Below are positions 29,394 through 32,000 of a DNA stretch of 32,000 nucleotides, piece by piece; within the stretch, counting starts at the first letter, position 1; the number at the start of each line of letters is the position of its first letter. The DNA is from Prochlorococcus marinus subsp. pastoris str. CCMP1986 (GTDB lineage: Bacteria > Cyanobacteriota > Cyanobacteriia > PCC-6307 > Cyanobiaceae): assembly GCF_000011465.1 (NCBI RefSeq), contig NC_005072.1:1380001-1412000 (forward strand), read 5' to 3'. The translations under genes were made by a program, and so were the position numbers. Below the pieces are notes generated by a model that saw nothing but the letters and a program-made list of their open reading frames with translations, did no database searches and was not told the DNA's origin.

Positions 29394-30589
29394 TTCTTTG
29401 ATAGCCTTTTTAATGATTTATCCCCAAACTTGTCTTTTAGGACTCTTAATTTCTTTATAACCTTTTTGGGTTTTATATGCCTTTCTAAAACTTTTAATAA
29501 TTGACTTTCGCATACATTAACATCTAACAAATTTGCATTATTGCCTGGAAACCAATGACTTCCATTACCAAGTAATTGGTATCTAGATTTTGCAAATTCT
29601 TCTAAATCAAAGGAATCTATTAAATTCGCGAGCCAGAGAAGAACCGGAATATTTATTCCTCCTGGTGTATTTTTCCAATTTGGTAAATTTTTATCCCAAC
29701 TTTTATACCATTCTATACCTAATGAATTTATTGATTCCTCTTTTAATCTATTTAGTATTTTAGGAATATAATGATCAGATTCTGACAATAATGAAACTGC
29801 TTCTAAATGTAAATTAAAGTCTTGCTCTTTGGCTATCCCGACACTAATTGTATGAACATATTTATTCCTTAAGCAAAAAAGATCGTTAAATACTATTGGG
29901 TGTAAAGGGCTGCAAAGTTCCAAAATTTTTGTTGATGGAGTGTGAAGATGTCCTCCTTTATCGGTAGGACTTATTATAAAAACTCCAAGATCATATTTAT
30001 GAGCCAACTCAATTAACTTGGAATTCGTTTGATTGATAAAATACCAGTGCAAATTAATATAATCAAATAAATTTGTAGTTATCGCTTTTTCTATAAGAGA
30101 TAATTCTCCATGAGTCGAAAATCCTATATATCCAATTAAATTTTCTTGTTGGAATTTTTTTAAAATATCAATACAGCCTCCATCTTTTACAGCTTGATGA
30201 AGATGTTCAGGTGTATTTATGCCGTGAATTGCTAATAAATCAATTTTCTTTACTTGCAATTTTTCAAAGCTTTTCAAAAGTTCTGCTTCGAATAATTTCG
30301 GATCACGATTAGGAGGGATTTTTGTTTGAATGATTTTTGGTTTTTTTTCAATACTCTTGAAACCCATACCTAACTGTATTTCTGAAGTCCCATAATACTT
30401 AGCTGTCTCTATGTGATTAAAACCAAATTTATTGGCAAGATTCAATATATTTTCAACTTTATTCTGTTCTTTTCGTGAAATCTCTGAAAATTTCAATTCA
30501 TCCCAACTTTTTTGAAATCTCATGCCTCCTAAGGATAAAACAGGCATTTTTAGATTGGTTCTACCAAATCTGCGACAAGGCAACTCCAT
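29390..30589 (-). CDS. Aldo/keto reductase family oxidoreductase
   Basis: RRFGRTNLKMPVLSLGGMRFQ, FGFNHIETAKYYGTSEIQLG, LLAIHGIN, IGYIGFSTHG; long C-terminal region (QLLGNGSHWFPGNNA). Confidence 0.9.
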   Translation of the reverse strand: MELPCRRFGRTNLKMPVLSLGGMRFQKSWDELKFSEISRKEQNKVENILNLANKFGFNHIETAKYYGTSEIQLGMGFKSIEKKPKIIQTKIPPNRDPKLFEAELLKSFEKLQVKKIDLLAIHGINTPEHLHQAVKDGGCIDILKKFQQENLIGYIGFSTHGELSLIEKAITTNLFDYINLHWYFINQTNSKLIELAHKYDLGVFIISPTDKGGHLHTPSTKILELCSPLHPIVFNDLFCLRNKYVHTISVGIAKEQDFNLHLEAVSLLSESDHYIPKILNRLKEESINSLGIEWYKSWDKNLPNWKNTPGGINIPVLLWLANLIDSFDLEEFAKSRYQLLGNGSHWFPGNNANLLDVNVCESQLLKVLERHIKPKKVIKKLRVLKDKFGDKSLKRLSKN

Positions 30590-30595
30590 TAGAAA

Positions 30596-30961
30596 TTAAT
30601 GCTTATTCATTCTTGGTAGTTTTCCTAGTGATTGAAACATATCCCTATCAAGACTACTTTCTAGATCTTCTAAGTTTCCAAATTCAACCCAATGAATACA
30701 ATCCACTGGACAAGTATCAATAGCTTCTTGCACCGTTTCAAGATTATCTCCATCTTGTCTTATTGCTCTACTCCGTCCATAATCATCATCAACTACAAAA
30801 GTATTAGTAGCTACATGAGCACAATATCTACAACCTATACATCTACTTTCATCAACCCAAACTGCTTTTTCAGTTAATTCTCCTCCTAGGACAGGCTCAT
30901 AACCTGTTAGTTCTTTAGTTTCAACATAATTATCAAATGCACTTAAGGAATTACTATCCAA
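30596..30961 (-). CDS. 4Fe-4S ferredoxin
   Basis: CIGCRYCAHVATNTFVVDDDYGRSRA...EAIDTCPVDCIHWVEF. Confidence 0.9.
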   Translation of the reverse strand: MDSNSLSAFDNYVETKELTGYEPVLGGELTEKAVWVDESRCIGCRYCAHVATNTFVVDDDYGRSRAIRQDGDNLETVQEAIDTCPVDCIHWVEFGNLEDLESSLDRDMFQSLGKLPRMNKH

Positions 30962-30964
30962 TTA

Positions 30965-31357
30965 TTAACTTTCCCACTTAGTGAGAACCAATTCGATAGA
31001 TCCATCATTTTTGTTTTTTTGTTCAACTATTTGGTATCCGTCCTCTTTTGTTTTAGAAATAATTGTATGGTAAGCATACATTTGAGTAACTTTTGAAATG
31101 AACCTTTCAACCGGTAAATCAAACTTCCAAAGGTCGAGATCAGTAACTAATTCATAAGAGTTAGAGTTATTATCCCATTTGAATCCAACTTTTGTTTCGC
31201 TAGGCAAATCCATGCTTATATCAACAGCTGTAAATTGTCCTCTGTAACCTTTGACAAACTTTTTTTCCTGATTTACTACGTAACCTAGTTGGTCTAAAGC
31301 TTTAATAAGTGGTTTTACTTCCTTAAGTTGAGTTTTGATAGTACTAAAATGTGACAT
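30965..31357 (-). CDS. ycf35: DUF1257 / Ycf35 family protein
   Basis: MSHFSTIKTQLKEVKPLIKALDQLGY...VKGYRGQFTAVDISM, 130 aa; typical Ycf35 sequence. Confidence 0.85.
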   Translation of the reverse strand: MSHFSTIKTQLKEVKPLIKALDQLGYVVNQEKKFVKGYRGQFTAVDISMDLPSETKVGFKWDNNSNSYELVTDLDLWKFDLPVERFISKVTQMYAYHTIISKTKEDGYQIVEQKNKNDGSIELVLTKWES

Positions 31358-31559
31358 TAGATTCGTTGTTAATTTGATTTGATTTTTCGCTTTGGTTAGA
31401 GATAAATGCCTCTGAGGTTTTATTCTTGACTTTTACTTCCCCAAGAGCGTCTTCAACATTTTTTGTTGCACTATTACATGCATTGCCGTTGAATCCTTCA
31501 ACAGTTTCTTCAACTCTTCCATCTTGATGAATTTTGAATCTTAATGTTCTTTGAGGCAT
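31344..31559 (-). CDS. DUF2997 family small protein; listed TTG start at 31568, the ATG at 31559 is more likely
   Basis: MPQRTLRFKIHQDGRVEETVEGFNGNACNSATKNVEDALGEV; overlaps the ycf35 start. Confidence 0.8.
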   Translation of the reverse strand: MPQRTLRFKIHQDGRVEETVEGFNGNACNSATKNVEDALGEVKVKNKTSEAFISNQSEKSNQINNESNVTF

Positions 31560-31677
31560 TAAAATCAAGTACTAAGTACTAATACTTTATACACGATAAC
31601 GAAAAAAATTTGTTTCAGTTGGTACAAGTTAATTAAAATATATTTTTTTATATTGATTACTTAATAAATATAAAACT

Positions 31678-32000
31678 CTATTTATAAAACCCTTTCATCC
31701 CCATTGAATCTAAAGCAGTTTTAGCTTCTTCCATAACTGAAGGTTCTTTATCAAAAAGAGCAATTTTTGTACATTCATCAACAAAACTCTCTTGCGAAAT
31801 TTCATTTAATTTTTCAAACAATCTACATAAAGACCATATACAGTTACTTCTTACCACGGGCTCATTATCTATTTTTAAGCTAATTAATAATTGTTCAGCC
31901 GCTAATTGAGCGTTAAAGGATGAAGTACTTCCAATTTCCGCTAGAGAACTAGATGACCATAATCTTACTGAAGCCACATCATTTTTCAATGAGTTTATTA
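31678..32000 (-). CDS. HEAT-repeat-like protein, truncated by the window edge
   Basis: The listed start at 31989 is a TTG and the frame stays open to the edge; repeats such as VRLWSSSSLAEIGSTSSFNAQLAAEQLL / VVRSNCIWSLCRLFEKL / KEPSVMEEAKTALDSMG resemble HEAT repeats. Confidence 0.65.
   Translation of the reverse strand, partial: INSLKNDVASVRLWSSSSLAEIGSTSSFNAQLAAEQLLISLKIDNEPVVRSNCIWSLCRLFEKLNEISQESFVDECTKIALFDKEPSVMEEAKTALDSMGMKGFYK

Noticed and set aside
29390-30589. Possible unusual loss of Fe-S cysteines in the C-terminal region of the aldo/keto reductase
   Set aside because: Cannot tell without an alignment whether the closest family ever had the cluster; the C-terminal QLLGNGSHWFPGNNA region looks family-typical.
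30475-30877. ORFs of 82 and 61 aa over the aldo/keto reductase and ferredoxin
   Set aside because: Both are antisense to, or overlap, conserved genes with strong motifs.

Overview
The window looks like an ordinary core-genome segment of a very AT-rich, streamlined picocyanobacterium. Protein content, gene density and gene order resemble high-light Prochlorococcus; the taxon is inferred, not searched. It holds about 35 tightly packed protein genes. From left to right these are: a DUF21/CBS protein, a GTPase, nadD and nadE; on the minus strand, an ATP synthase gene cluster (atp1-a-c-b'-b-delta-alpha-gamma) continuing into a divergent 2Fe-2S ferredoxin, a small ORF and a DUF3326 protein; an ftsW/rodA gene; ccdA-ccs1; queF; a small ORF followed by glnB (PII); a TlyA-type protein; purB and fumC; a large Ski2-like helicase; a compact biotin operon bioF-(bioK-like)-bioC-bioD-bioA; a DUF3143 protein and a J-domain membrane protein; rsmG; an aldo/keto reductase; and a group made of a 4Fe-4S ferredoxin, Ycf35/DUF1257, DUF2997 and an edge-truncated HEAT-like protein. 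I found no tRNA, rRNA, CRISPR array, transposase, integrase or defense system, and I do not see strong evidence for a new system. The observations most worth following up are: a TTCAGAC/GTCTGAA/TTCAGAC arrangement of mutually exclusive stems plus a second hairpin between the ATP synthase a and c genes; a PII protein with Phe at position 51 and a conserved-looking small ORF just upstream; a divergent ferredoxin at the end of the atp cluster; a BioK-like esterase with a CHSLG elbow; palindromes upstream of the biotin operon; the ferredoxin/Ycf35/DUF2997 group; and six of six convergent gene junctions with 11 bp or less between the stop codons.
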